A stretch of 64,000 bases of DNA from an uncultured Candidatus Binatia bacterium (GTDB lineage Bacteria; Desulfobacterota; Binatia; Bin18): NCBI GenBank assembly GCA_965200965.1, contig OZ241744.1, positions 2,048,001-2,112,000 of the forward strand, in the 5' to 3' direction. Position numbers and translations under genes: made by a program. How positions within the stretch are numbered: position 1 is the first letter of the stretch; each line of letters opens with the position of its first letter. Under the pieces are notes generated by a model. The model was given only the letters and a program-made list of their open reading frames with translations. It was not told the origin of the DNA and searched no databases. Shown piece by piece: positions 11,152 through 21,280 of this stretch.

Positions 11152-12159
11152 ATGCGTGCCTGGGAAATCAAGCAAGAGTTTGGCATCGAACACTTACGCT
11201 GCGTTGAGCGGCCCGACCCCCGGCCGGGTCCCGGCCAGCTCTGCATCCGGGTGAGAGCCACCTCGCTCAACTACCGGGATTTGATGACGGTCAAACACGG
11301 CGGGATGCGTGGCCTCAAGCAGCCCCTCATCCCGCTGTCCGACGGGGCCGGGGAAGTAGTGGCGGTCGGCGAGGGGGTCAGCCGGGCCAAGACCGGCGAC
11401 CGGGTGGCCGGCCTCTTCTTTCAGTCCTGGCTGTCAGGCGGCCCCAAAGCCAGCCACGCCCGGTCGGCCCTCGGCGGTGCCCTCGACGGCATGTGGGCCG
11501 AGTATGTCGTCTTGGACGAGGACGGCGTTGTCCCTGTCCCGGACTACATGTCGTATGAAGACGCGGCCACCCTGCCCTGTGCCGCGGTGACGGCCTGGCA
11601 GGACCTGGTGTCGGTCGGCTGCATCAAGGCCGGCGATACCGTCCTGGTGATGGGAACCGGCGGGGTGTCGATTTTTGCCCTGCAATTTGCCAAAGCGGCC
11701 GGCGCGCGGGTGATTATCACCTCCAGCAGCGACGCAAAACTGGAGCGTGCCAAGCAGATCGGGGCCGACCATCTGATCAACTACAGGAGCACTCCCGAGT
11801 GGGGCAGAGCCGCCCTCGAACTCACCGACGGGGTGGGGGTCGATCATGTGGTTGAGGTCGGCGGGGCCGGCACCCTCGCCCAGTCGTTGCAGGCCGTCCG
11901 GGTCGGCGGCTTTGTCGGCCTGATCGGGATTCTGTCGGGCAGCAACCAGACCAACCCCATGCCGGTGCTGCAAAAGAGCGTCCGACTCCAGGGCATCTAT
12001 GTCGGCTCGCGCGACATGTTTGAGGACATGAACGCGGCCATGACTGTCAACCGCACCCGGCCCGTGATTGACCAGGTATTCCCCTTTGAACACGCCCAGG
12101 ACGCCCTGCGGTGTATGGAAAGCGCGGCCCACTTTGGCAAAATTGTGGTGAGCGGCTAG
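11152..12159 (+). CDS. NAD(P)-dependent MDR-family (zinc-type ADH-like) oxidoreductase
   Basis: SLNYRD, PLSDGAG, TLPCAAVTAW, GTGGVS and HFGKIV; AAGGAG RBS. Confidence 0.9.
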   Translation: MRAWEIKQEFGIEHLRCVERPDPRPGPGQLCIRVRATSLNYRDLMTVKHGGMRGLKQPLIPLSDGAGEVVAVGEGVSRAKTGDRVAGLFFQSWLSGGPKASHARSALGGALDGMWAEYVVLDEDGVVPVPDYMSYEDAATLPCAAVTAWQDLVSVGCIKAGDTVLVMGTGGVSIFALQFAKAAGARVIITSSSDAKLERAKQIGADHLINYRSTPEWGRAALELTDGVGVDHVVEVGGAGTLAQSLQAVRVGGFVGLIGILSGSNQTNPMPVLQKSVRLQGIYVGSRDMFEDMNAAMTVNRTRPVIDQVFPFEHAQDALRCMESAAHFGKIVVSG

Positions 12160-12179
12160 GCGCGTGAGAAGAGACAGCC

Positions 12180-13415
12180 ATGAGCGAGCACTACGCCCGG
12201 CGGCGGGCCCTTGACGGCGTCCGTATCCTCGATTTTACCTGGGTGGTGGCCGGGCCGGTGGCGACCCGGATTCTGGCTGACCAGGGTGCGGAGGTGATTA
12301 AAATTGAGCGGCGCGACTCGCTTGACCTGGGCAGCCGCCGGGGGGGCTTTACCGGCAACCTGTTCCGCGGCAAGCGCAGCACGGTCATCAATATGGCGGA
12401 CCCGCGCGGGCTGGATATCGCCCGTCAACTGGTAGCGGTGTCGGATGTAGTGATCGACAACTTCAGCGCCCGGGTAATGCGCAACTGGGGCATGGACTAC
12501 GATAGCCTCAGGCAGCTCAAGCCGGACATCATCGCCGTCAGCATGTCGGGCTTTGGCCACAGCGGGCCGCACAAAGACTATGTGAGCTATGGGCCGACCC
12601 TCCAGGCCCTGTCCGGCTATACCCTGCTGATGCGCCACGCCGGCAGCGAGCCGGCCGGCTGGGGCTATTCCTACGCCGACATGTCGGGCGGCTACGCCGG
12701 CGCGCTGGCCGTGCTCATGGCTCTGTGGCACCGCCGGCGCAGCGGTGAGGGACAGTTTGTCGATCTGTCACAGTTTGAAACGATTTCCAGCCTGGTCGGG
12801 CCGGCGCTGCTCGACATCTCGGCCAACGGAACGCGCCTTGGGCCGCTGGGCAATCGTTCTCAGGAGGCCCCGGCCGCGCCGCACGGCATCTACCGCTGCC
12901 GGGGCGACGACCGCTGGTGCGCCATCAGCGTGTTCACCGAAGACGAGTGGCACGCCCTGTGTCGGGTGTTGGGCAATCCGGCCTGGACCCGCTGGGAGCG
13001 CTTTGCCAGCCTTGACGCCCGTCTGAACAATCAGGACGAGTTAGACCGTCATATCGAAGCCTGGACCGCTCAACACCCGCCCCACGATGTCATGCGCCTC
13101 CTCCAGGAGGCCGGCGTTGCAGCCGGCGTGGTGGCCAACGGCGCAGACCTTGACCGTGACCCGCAGCTCCAGGCCGGGGGCTACTGGGCGACACTCAGCA
13201 GCCCGGAGGAGGGCTGGGCCGTGCTGGACGGTACACCGATCACGCTGTCGGCCACGCCCGGCGGCGTCAGGGGCCCGGGACCGCTGTTGGGAGAGCACAC
13301 CGAGGCGGTCTTGGGGAGCTTGTTGGGCTACTCGGAGGAGCACATCGCCCAACTCAAAGCAGCCCGTGTCGTGGCCTCGCCGGCCGAGATCAGGGCGGAA
13401 CGTGGCGGAACGTGA
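12180..13415 (+). CDS. CaiB/BaiF (family III) CoA-transferase, catalytic type (BbsF-like)
   Basis: DFTWVVAGP, GAEVIKIE and SGFGHSGP; catalytic Asp in YADMSGG. Confidence 0.88.
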   Translation: MSEHYARRRALDGVRILDFTWVVAGPVATRILADQGAEVIKIERRDSLDLGSRRGGFTGNLFRGKRSTVINMADPRGLDIARQLVAVSDVVIDNFSARVMRNWGMDYDSLRQLKPDIIAVSMSGFGHSGPHKDYVSYGPTLQALSGYTLLMRHAGSEPAGWGYSYADMSGGYAGALAVLMALWHRRRSGEGQFVDLSQFETISSLVGPALLDISANGTRLGPLGNRSQEAPAAPHGIYRCRGDDRWCAISVFTEDEWHALCRVLGNPAWTRWERFASLDARLNNQDELDRHIEAWTAQHPPHDVMRLLQEAGVAAGVVANGADLDRDPQLQAGGYWATLSSPEEGWAVLDGTPITLSATPGGVRGPGPLLGEHTEAVLGSLLGYSEEHIAQLKAARVVASPAEIRAERGGT

Positions 13416-13469
13416 GCGGGCCGAGGAGTTCAAGCGCATGGTGAGTGGCGCTCAGCGCGAGCGCCTGCC

Positions 13470-13874
13470 TCAGTCCTCGTAATAACGCGCCTCAATCTCA
13501 TTACCCTCGGGATCGTGGAAATAGATTGAGGTGGCGTTCCCCCGCGCTCCCCAGCGGGGCAGCGGGCCTTCAATCGGAATGGCGCTGGCCGCCAGCCGTT
13601 CGCGCAGCCGCTCCCAGTCGGTCTTGCCCAGGGTCAAGCAGAAATGACCCAGATTCGGCCGGCCGCGGCCCTGTGGCTGGGCCGACTGCCACATCGCCTT
13701 GGGGGCCAGATCAATGATCGTGCCGGCGTTCAGCCGGACCGAGGGAAACGGCACTTCTCCCCGGCGAAAGGCGTCCAAGCGCTCGGGTGCCAACTCAACC
13801 ACCTTGGTATAAAACCGCACCAGGGCCTCAACATCTTCCGCATTCAGCACAATATGATCCAGAACGCCTTGCAT
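13470..13874 (-). CDS. VOC/glyoxalase family protein
   Basis: LDHIVL, HFCL, WGARG and YFHDPEGNEIE. Confidence 0.85.
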   Translation of the reverse strand: MQGVLDHIVLNAEDVEALVRFYTKVVELAPERLDAFRRGEVPFPSVRLNAGTIIDLAPKAMWQSAQPQGRGRPNLGHFCLTLGKTDWERLRERLAASAIPIEGPLPRWGARGNATSIYFHDPEGNEIEARYYED

Positions 13875-14011
13875 GGCCTGCCTCCAGGAACTGGTCTTGT
13901 GGGTGTCTTAGCCGACGAGGGGCCGCTTGCGCAACGCTGGCTTGACCTGGCCAAGAGGCGTCCGTTAGATTAGCCCCGTTCTCAACCCAAGGGCAACACA
14001 AGGAGACCCCG

Positions 14012-14788
14012 ATGAACATTATCACCATCCCCGTTCTGTCCGACAATTACGCCTATCTGATTATCGACGAGACAACGAATGAAGCCGGTGTGGTAGACCC
14101 CTCGGAAGCCGGACCGGTGGCCGAGGCGGTCAAGCGCGAGAGAGTGCATTTCACCACGATTATCAACACCCACCACCACTGGGATCATGTCGGCGGCAAC
14201 AAGGAACTCGTCCGGGCCTATCCCGACCTCAAGGTCTACGGCCACAAGCGCGACGAGACCCGCACGCCGTGCATCACCCACATGGTGGACGAGGGCGACA
14301 CGGTTGCCATCGGCAGTCTTGAGGGCCGCTTTCTGTTCATCCCCTGCCATACCAGCGGGCATGTGGCCGTCTATTTCCCGGCTGAAAAGCTCGCTTTTAC
14401 CGGGGATACGCTGTTTGTGGCCGGCTGTGGGCGGCTGTTTGAGGGCACGGCCGCGGACATGCACAACAATATGGTCAAGCTGAGTTCCCTGCCCGAAGAG
14501 ACCCGCCTCTATCCCGGCCATGAGTACACGGTCAAAAACCTGGAGTTTGCCCTGAGCCTCGAGCCGAACAACGCCGCGGTGCAGGCCAAGCTGCGCTGGG
14601 CCAGGGACGCCCGGGCCGAGGATCAACCGACCATTCCGTCAACGGTGGCCGAAGAAAAAACGATCAACCCCTTCATCCGGGTAGACAGTCAAGAGCTGCG
14701 GGCCAGCATCGCCGGGCAGTTTCCTGGCCTGCAACTCGACGACGTGACTGTGCTGGAGCGCACCCGTTACCTGAAGGACAATTTCTAA
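14012..14788 (+). CDS. gloB: Hydroxyacylglutathione hydrolase (glyoxalase II)
   Basis: DNYAY, THHHWDHVGG, CHTSGH, FTGDTLF and GHEYT. Confidence 0.93.
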   Translation: MNIITIPVLSDNYAYLIIDETTNEAGVVDPSEAGPVAEAVKRERVHFTTIINTHHHWDHVGGNKELVRAYPDLKVYGHKRDETRTPCITHMVDEGDTVAIGSLEGRFLFIPCHTSGHVAVYFPAEKLAFTGDTLFVAGCGRLFEGTAADMHNNMVKLSSLPEETRLYPGHEYTVKNLEFALSLEPNNAAVQAKLRWARDARAEDQPTIPSTVAEEKTINPFIRVDSQELRASIAGQFPGLQLDDVTVLERTRYLKDNF

Positions 14789-15259
14789 ATGCGCCGTGCC
14801 CTGCCCCTTGTCTTCTTTTTTTTGCTGCCGGCCTGCAGCGTCTGGGACGGCATGTGGGACACGCTTATCGACCGCAGCCTTATTGAGCAGCAGCAGGCCG
14901 AAATCGCCCGGCTCAAAGCCGAGACCGCACAGATCAAGGCCGAGACCGAGGCGCTCAAGCAACAGGCACGGCAGGCTGAAAAGGAACGCGAGGACTGCAA
15001 CACCGCCTTCTACACCTTTGAGGAGGCGCGCAAAGCCCCGGAGGGAGAAACGGCCATCGCCAAATACCAGGAGGGGCTGGCCCTGTGTCCGACCGACGAT
15101 GTGGCCCACAACGAACTCGGCGAACTCTACCTGCGCTTAGGCCGCAAGGCCGAGGCCCGGGCCGCCTTTGAAGAGGCGGTGCGGCTCAACGCCAACTTTG
15201 TCCGCGCCCAGCGCAACCTCCAGGACGCGCAGGAAGATATCCAGGAAGACGATCTGTAA
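14789..15259 (+). CDS. TPR-containing lipoprotein
   Basis: Lipobox-like LPAC, coiled coil, and TPR (AHNELGELY...A...FEEA). Confidence 0.75.
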   Translation: MRRALPLVFFFLLPACSVWDGMWDTLIDRSLIEQQQAEIARLKAETAQIKAETEALKQQARQAEKEREDCNTAFYTFEEARKAPEGETAIAKYQEGLALCPTDDVAHNELGELYLRLGRKAEARAAFEEAVRLNANFVRAQRNLQDAQEDIQEDDL

Positions 15260-15304
15260 AATTCGTCAGGAGTTGGAGAACGACGCGGTCAGGAAAGAAT
15301 CCCT

Positions 15305-15895
15305 ATGCCCTGCATTGATCTCGCGTTCCGCCTGACTGGCTCGAACATTCCGGTTGACCACGGCTATCTCTTGTATGCTGCGTTGAGCCGCATTGTTCCA
15401 GAACTCCACGCAGCAAAAGCCCTTGGCGTCCAGCCAATCCGCGGCCTGTATAACGGAAGCGGCCAACTCCAACTGTCCGACTCATCCCGTTTGACGCTCC
15501 GTCTGCCAGACGGGGAGATCCGGCCCTATCTGAAACTGGCCGGGAAGAGCCTGGAAGTGGACGCTCACCGCCTTATCGTCGGAGTGCCGGAAGTACGGAG
15601 GCTTCTGCCGGTTGCCCATCTGCGCGCCCGGCTGGTCACGATCAAGGGGTTTCTCGAAGAAGAAGCGTTTCTCCAAGCCGTACAGCGCCAGTTGCAGAGC
15701 CTCGGCGTAGTGTGCCACGCGCTGTCAGGTCAACGGCGCACCTTTCGGGTCAAGGAAAAACAGGTGGTGGGTTTTGAGGTCGCGGCGACCGGCTTGACGG
15801 CTGCGGATTCTGTCAGGCTGCAAGAAACCGGGCTGGGCGGAAGGCGAAAGATGGGCTGCGGGGTGTTTGTGCCCTCGGGAGGACTCTCCAGGTGA
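15305..15895 (+). CDS. cas6: CRISPR endoribonuclease Cas6 (Myxococcus/I-B type)
   Basis: IPVDHGYLLYAAL and C-terminal GLGGRRKMGCGVF G-loop. Confidence 0.93.
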   Translation: MPCIDLAFRLTGSNIPVDHGYLLYAALSRIVPELHAAKALGVQPIRGLYNGSGQLQLSDSSRLTLRLPDGEIRPYLKLAGKSLEVDAHRLIVGVPEVRRLLPVAHLRARLVTIKGFLEEEAFLQAVQRQLQSLGVVCHALSGQRRTFRVKEKQVVGFEVAATGLTAADSVRLQETGLGGRRKMGCGVFVPSGGLSR

Positions 15896-18120
15896 CGGCT
15901 TTTAAGCGGTTGCTGGCGAAAAGCAGTAAAACTCCAGATGACCCCCGTGAATATGAAAAATTATCCGGCCATACAGCGAACGTCATGGCCGCGGCCCAGA
16001 CTCTATTAGACGAAACCGCCGACGCTCAGTTATCCGCCGTAGGTCTGTCCGTAAGCGCGTGGAAGGAGCGTTTTTGTCAAGCTGTTCTCTTTTCAGCGTT
16101 TTGTCATGATCTCGGAAAGGCGAATGACCAGTTTCAGGCGATGGTCAGGCATCAAAGATCGAATCCGCAGGCGATCCGTCACGAAGCGCTGTCGTTTCTC
16201 ATTCTCCAAGAAACCCCGCTGAAGGAATGGTTGTCCACCGCTTTAGCAGAACCCGAAGACCTGTCTTTTTTGCTCTGGGCGGCTGCCGGCCACCACCGAC
16301 ACTTTCCTCCTGGTAGACCCGCCGACGGAACCGGAATCCGCCTGATGCTCTTTCTGGGACATCCGGACTTCCAACAGACTCTCTCCGTTGGGGCAAAGTG
16401 GCTTGATCTTGATAATCCACCAAGTCTTGATGATTGCTGCTGGCGGCTTACTGGAGCGACTTCTCCGCACCGATATCTAACGAAAGCCCGTCTACAGGCA
16501 GGCGCTTTCTGGGCTTCCTGCAGGGCTGAGAAGCGTCATTTTCTTGCCGCCATCAAAGCCTGTCTTATTGCGGCCGATGTCGCCGGATCAGCCTTGCCGA
16601 AAAAGGGAGAGAAAATTTCATGCTGGATACGGGGGGCCTTAGAGCACAGACTGACGCCGGACCAACTCCAAAAAGTTGTTGAGGATCGGTTGCAAGGGCT
16701 TCCTCTCAGGCCATTCCAGGAAGAACTTGGCAAGACCACCGCACGGGTTGTCCTGGCTGAAGCTGGCTGTGGCAGTGGAAAGACGCTGGGAGCCTATGTC
16801 TGGGCGGCTCAAAGGGCTCCCGGAAAACGTCTTTTCTTTTCCTACCCGACAACAGGAACCGCAACGGAAGGATTTCGTGACTATCTGATAGAGCCTACGT
16901 TGGATGCCCGACTGGTTCACAGCCGGGCCGCGGTGGATTTGGAATTGCTCGGCGTTGATGACGAGGGGGAACAAGCCGATCCACTTGCCGCGCTTGAGAC
17001 TTGGTCTACCTCTATCACCAGTTGCACAGTGGACACTGTGCTTGGACTCATCCAGAACCAAAAGAAAGGCTTATACACATGGCCGGTCTTGGCCGGTGCG
17101 GCATTCGTCTTTGATGAGATTCATGCTTATGACGACCGTTTGTTTTCGTGCTTGTTGCGTTTTCTCACATCCTGCCGTGGTGTTCCTTGCCTGCTGATGA
17201 CGGCGAGTCTGCCACAGACACGTTTTCAGGCCCTAAAGGAGGCGCTCCGTTCAACAGACGAGACCTTGGAAATCGTTTCTGGTCCGGTTGGGCTGGAAAG
17301 ACTCCCACGCTATCAAAGGCTGCTCTCTGATGACCCGTGGATCGTCGTGGAACAGAGCATCGGAAACAAGGAAAAAATCCTGTGGGTCGCCAATACGGTG
17401 GACCGCGCCCTGCAATTTGCTGAACAAGCGTCCGGGCACGGTTTCCAACCGCTCGTGTACCACAGCCGTTTTCGATACAAAGACCGCGTCCAACAACATG
17501 GCCGGATCATTTCCGACTTTCGAAAAGAGGGGCCGGCGCTCGTCATCGCTACACAAGTGGCAGAGATGAGTTTAGACCTTTCCGCCGATATGCTGGTGAC
17601 AGACTTAGCTCCAGTTCCGGCGCTTATACAGCGTTTAGGTCGCCTCAATCGGCGCTCAACACCGGAGAATCCGATTCCGCCAAAACCCTTCCTGGTGAGA
17701 GAGCCTGACACGGCCGCGCCTTACAAAAGCCAAGACCTCCCAGACCCTTTTTCCGCTTCCCGGCGCTGGCTGGAGCGTCTTGGAATGGGACCAGTGGCCC
17801 AAAGCGACTTGGCCCAGACATGGAATGGTCTGGATGAAGGGAAGCAGCAACAGCCAAGTGAAAGCGCTTGGGCAGACGGCGGATTTGACACAACTCCACG
17901 TCACCTACGAAAAAGTACACCAGGCATAACCGTCTTGCTGGGGGAAGACGCTGAGGCTGTGAAGCGCGGCGAGAGAGACCCGGTACGGGTCCGCATCCCA
18001 ATGACCCGGCCGCCGAAAGGAACGGACTGGAAAAGGTGGCCCAAGGTTGCGTTCTCCAGAGTGCCGCCTCCCGAACACATAAGCTACGACCCCGAAAGAG
18101 GAGCCAAATGGAATCACTGA
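15892..18120 (+). CDS. cas3: CRISPR-associated HD nuclease/helicase Cas3
   Basis: HDLGK HD motif, GCGSGKT, DEIH and QRLGRLNR. Confidence 0.95.
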   Translation: MTAFKRLLAKSSKTPDDPREYEKLSGHTANVMAAAQTLLDETADAQLSAVGLSVSAWKERFCQAVLFSAFCHDLGKANDQFQAMVRHQRSNPQAIRHEALSFLILQETPLKEWLSTALAEPEDLSFLLWAAAGHHRHFPPGRPADGTGIRLMLFLGHPDFQQTLSVGAKWLDLDNPPSLDDCCWRLTGATSPHRYLTKARLQAGAFWASCRAEKRHFLAAIKACLIAADVAGSALPKKGEKISCWIRGALEHRLTPDQLQKVVEDRLQGLPLRPFQEELGKTTARVVLAEAGCGSGKTLGAYVWAAQRAPGKRLFFSYPTTGTATEGFRDYLIEPTLDARLVHSRAAVDLELLGVDDEGEQADPLAALETWSTSITSCTVDTVLGLIQNQKKGLYTWPVLAGAAFVFDEIHAYDDRLFSCLLRFLTSCRGVPCLLMTASLPQTRFQALKEALRSTDETLEIVSGPVGLERLPRYQRLLSDDPWIVVEQSIGNKEKILWVANTVDRALQFAEQASGHGFQPLVYHSRFRYKDRVQQHGRIISDFRKEGPALVIATQVAEMSLDLSADMLVTDLAPVPALIQRLGRLNRRSTPENPIPPKPFLVREPDTAAPYKSQDLPDPFSASRRWLERLGMGPVAQSDLAQTWNGLDEGKQQQPSESAWADGGFDTTPRHLRKSTPGITVLLGEDAEAVKRGERDPVRVRIPMTRPPKGTDWKRWPKVAFSRVPPPEHISYDPERGAKWNH

Positions 18121-19658
18121 CGTGTGACCTTTTCGAGCCTGGAATGACCCCTCTCCACAGAGCTGGGCTGGGGGGACTGGTTGCGACATTACGCAAGATC
18201 GAGAACAACGACCATCCGCCATTACGGTGGGACATTGACGATCGATCCGTCACTTTTCAATGGAACAAAGAATCCGATAGAAAGGCGTTCTTTCGGTACT
18301 TGTTTGACTACGCGTTTCAACTTGAGGATGGGCTTATTTCCCTACCGAGCCAATACGGAGATCTGGAACCATCTCTTGAAGTGAAAGCAGCTTTACACGA
18401 GGGACTGCGCCTGAGCTTCTACGGGTACTCTCGGTCGAAAAAGAGTAGCGGGCCTCGCATTGATAAAACCTATGAAGTGGACGAGAAATCAGTTGGTTAC
18501 AGCTACGTCCCGTTGCTATGGTACAAGCACAAAAAGGAGGGATACGAACAATTTGAAAGAAGCCTGAAAGGGCAATTCAAGTTGACAGGAAGTTTCCTTC
18601 CTGGATCGATCAAAAGACACAATCAGTATAACGAAAGCCAAGCTACCCTCTCTGCCAAGCTAGCTCTCCCGCTGCTAATTGCGCCCATCGGAGTTGTTGC
18701 ATTAAAGGCCGGTGGGAAAAAGATCAAGCCTCCCAAAGGCGAAAAGAAATTTATGCCGGGTGCAGCAATGCTCATACCGGATATCCATAATCTCTCGGAT
18801 GTTCAACATCTTCTTTCATCCTTCATACCCCGAAGCGGTAGGGATTGCCAAGTGGAAAACCTCGCCGATGCGGTCTTACAGGCTCAGCTTCGCCTTCGGG
18901 GACAGGAGATGCTGACCAACGGGCCTGTTCCTGCCGTCCGGTGTATCTGGTTTTGCCCGTCAGATTGGAACGTCCAGCAGCGTCCCCCGTCGCGCGTCAC
19001 AGAGGTAGAGGTACACTCTGGTGAGGCCGTTCTGGAGCAGTTCGATATCGCGTTACGTTGCTTCCCCCCCAGTAGACGAGTAAAAAAGGACAACGGGAGC
19101 GGCTCCTGGGCCAAAAGTTACATACGACCCTTGGTAGCAGAGAACCTGTTGGAGAGGCGTCCGTGGTATGCCAGATTTACTCGTCTCATGACAGCAAAAG
19201 ATGACTCACTGAAAAGCCCGAAGCCCATTCGTTGCTTCCTGAAATTCGAGAGAGGAGGACTACATACCATGACCCAAGAAATCACCGGGGATGAAAAAAT
19301 AATCGTGCGGGCCGTCCACGAGGCTATGCGATGCCGGTACGGCCGCATTGCGGCTGAGAATGCCAAGAATCAAGCCGCCATGAAAAAACGTATGACCCGC
19401 GAGTACGAGCGACAACGCCTCGCCTTCGCCGGAGCAAAGACCGCTGATGCGCTCAGATACGCGCTTGCCGACCTGTGGAGTCGGGCAGGTTCCAATAGCG
19501 TATTACGAGAATCCTGGCCGCATGTCCTGCCTCTGCTGAGCAATGAGAAGTGGCAGCTTGCGCGCGACTTGGCTCTCCTCGCGCTGGCGAGCTACCAAGG
19601 CAAAGAAAACATTGACCTGACCGAGGCTGAAGAAATCGGTGAAACGGAGGAACAATAA
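18108..19658 (+). CDS. cas8: Cascade large subunit Cas8 (Cmx8/MYXAN-type)
   Basis: N-terminal MTPLHRAGLGGL, C-terminal ARDLALLALASY; lies between cas3 and cas7. Confidence 0.88.
   Translation: MESLTCDLFEPGMTPLHRAGLGGLVATLRKIENNDHPPLRWDIDDRSVTFQWNKESDRKAFFRYLFDYAFQLEDGLISLPSQYGDLEPSLEVKAALHEGLRLSFYGYSRSKKSSGPRIDKTYEVDEKSVGYSYVPLLWYKHKKEGYEQFERSLKGQFKLTGSFLPGSIKRHNQYNESQATLSAKLALPLLIAPIGVVALKAGGKKIKPPKGEKKFMPGAAMLIPDIHNLSDVQHLLSSFIPRSGRDCQVENLADAVLQAQLRLRGQEMLTNGPVPAVRCIWFCPSDWNVQQRPPSRVTEVEVHSGEAVLEQFDIALRCFPPSRRVKKDNGSGSWAKSYIRPLVAENLLERRPWYARFTRLMTAKDDSLKSPKPIRCFLKFERGGLHTMTQEITGDEKIIVRAVHEAMRCRYGRIAAENAKNQAAMKKRMTREYERQRLAFAGAKTADALRYALADLWSRAGSNSVLRESWPHVLPLLSNEKWQLARDLALLALASYQGKENIDLTEAEEIGETEEQ
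19269..19658 (+). CDS. cas11: Probable internally translated small subunit Cas11 (129 aa, in frame within cas8)
   Basis: AGAGGAGG at 19251-19258 precedes in-frame ATG 19269 at the start of the helical C-terminal domain. Confidence 0.7.
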   Translation: MTQEITGDEKIIVRAVHEAMRCRYGRIAAENAKNQAAMKKRMTREYERQRLAFAGAKTADALRYALADLWSRAGSNSVLRESWPHVLPLLSNEKWQLARDLALLALASYQGKENIDLTEAEEIGETEEQ

Positions 19659-20548
19659 TGAGCCAACATCTTTTTGCCGCCATCGTCACCCATCACGGGA
19701 CGGCGGCGAATAATCGGGGGGAAACAGACGGAAACGTCACAACGCTTCAGAAGCTGCTCTGGCAAGGGCAGGTCCATACGACAGTGAGCGCCGAGGCTGT
19801 GCGCTTCGCTCTCCGGCGTCAACTCGCTACAAGCGGAGAGGAAACGAATAGGAAATGGGATGAGGACGCCAGGACAAACACCTGGCAGGACCATCAGTTC
19901 ACAGGCTGGAAGGAGAAAAGCAGGAAGACTTATATCGACGACGATCTTCTCGGATATATGACCGCCGAAGCGGCGAAAGAAGAGGGAAAAGCCGGTAGCG
20001 CGAATGTCCGGCGGGCTGTTCTTGAAGTCACACGCGCGATCTCATTGTTGCCGTGGTCAGGGGATGTCACTTTTAATGCAGCCAGCCCAGGAGCGACTCC
20101 AAGCGCTGCGAAGAAGGGGAATAACCCTGTTCCCTATGGTGCTGAACTCCACGCAACTCGTTATCAATACGGGATCGCGCTGACACCCGAGCGCCTTCGC
20201 AAGAAAGACCGAGCTAAAACGGCGGTTGCCGCTCTGTGCGCACTTGCCGAGGTCGCGGGAAACCACGGGCGATTCCTCTTCGATTTCTCCCCTGAAAGCG
20301 TGGTATTCAGATTGACCGATGATCCGGCCCCGCGCCTCCTCTATGTTTTTGAACAGAAGGAGCGAGCAATTGACGCTCCTTCGCTGCTCGCCCGGGTTGA
20401 GGCTGAAGATATGCAGGCTGAGGAACTTGTCATTGGCGGGAGTTTCGCCACCACAGACACGGCGAAGAAGCTGCAAGAGAAAGGGGCCACCGTCTACCCC
20501 GGCGTGAAAAAGGCCGCCAAGGCTGTTGTCGAGAGACTGAAGGACTGA
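19658..20548 (+). CDS. cas7: Cascade backbone Cas7 (DevR-type)
   Basis: AANNRGE, TTLQK, VSAEAVRFALR, DDDLLGYM and GNHGRFLFDFSP. Confidence 0.93.
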   Translation: MSQHLFAAIVTHHGTAANNRGETDGNVTTLQKLLWQGQVHTTVSAEAVRFALRRQLATSGEETNRKWDEDARTNTWQDHQFTGWKEKSRKTYIDDDLLGYMTAEAAKEEGKAGSANVRRAVLEVTRAISLLPWSGDVTFNAASPGATPSAAKKGNNPVPYGAELHATRYQYGIALTPERLRKKDRAKTAVAALCALAEVAGNHGRFLFDFSPESVVFRLTDDPAPRLLYVFEQKERAIDAPSLLARVEAEDMQAEELVIGGSFATTDTAKKLQEKGATVYPGVKKAAKAVVERLKD

Positions 20549-20552
20549 GACC

Positions 20553-21239
20553 ATGCTTGGTGTCTTTGTCTCGGTTCCGGTTGCGTGTTTTCGCAAAGGG
20601 CTGGCTCGCGAGTATCTGGAGTCCGAAGCCTTGCCGCCGCCGTCAACCTGCTACGGGTTTCTTCTGTCGCTAATCGGAGAGATAGACAGGACGCGCCATA
20701 TTGGTTGTCGTATCGCTCCAGTCGTTCTGGAAAGCCCTGACAGAAGCACGGTCCTTCGGACGGTCTGGAGGATTAAGACTACAGCGCTTCGGGCGGGCGA
20801 TGGAAGTAACCGTACCCCTGCCCAACAGGAATTGCTTACCAATGTCCGGCTCATACTCTGGGTGGACTCCGGGGACGAAAGGGGAGAGCGTCCTTTTCTG
20901 GAACAGAGGGTGGACGATGCGCTGACGCGCCCTGAAACGCTTCAGCGATTCGGCGGCTTGTCTCTTGGTGAGAGCACGCACCTTGTTGATGAAGTCGCGC
21001 GCTTTCCTGGAAGCGCGGAAGAATCAGGGTCAATGTTCGTCTGTGCCGACCGTGGCCGTCTCACCCTGCCAGTTTGGGTTGACCATGTTGGGGCCGAAGG
21101 GACCCGGTATGTGACTGGAGATTTACTACCGAGCGTCCCCCTCATCCCTCCAGATCGAACGCAACTCCCGGTGATTGAGCCTCCCGAACAGGCAAGCAGT
21201 CCGAAGCGGACAAAACGAAGAGCAAGGAAAAATGGGTGA
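20553..21239 (+). CDS. cas5: Cas5 (DevS-type)
   Basis: VPVACFR, PPPSTCYGFLLSL, GLSLGES and LPVWVDH. Confidence 0.92.
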   Translation: MLGVFVSVPVACFRKGLAREYLESEALPPPSTCYGFLLSLIGEIDRTRHIGCRIAPVVLESPDRSTVLRTVWRIKTTALRAGDGSNRTPAQQELLTNVRLILWVDSGDERGERPFLEQRVDDALTRPETLQRFGGLSLGESTHLVDEVARFPGSAEESGSMFVCADRGRLTLPVWVDHVGAEGTRYVTGDLLPSVPLIPPDRTQLPVIEPPEQASSPKRTKRRARKNG

Positions 21240-21280
21240 CGGTCGCTCCCTCAGCCTGAGCTGCGGACGGCCCAGGGAGG

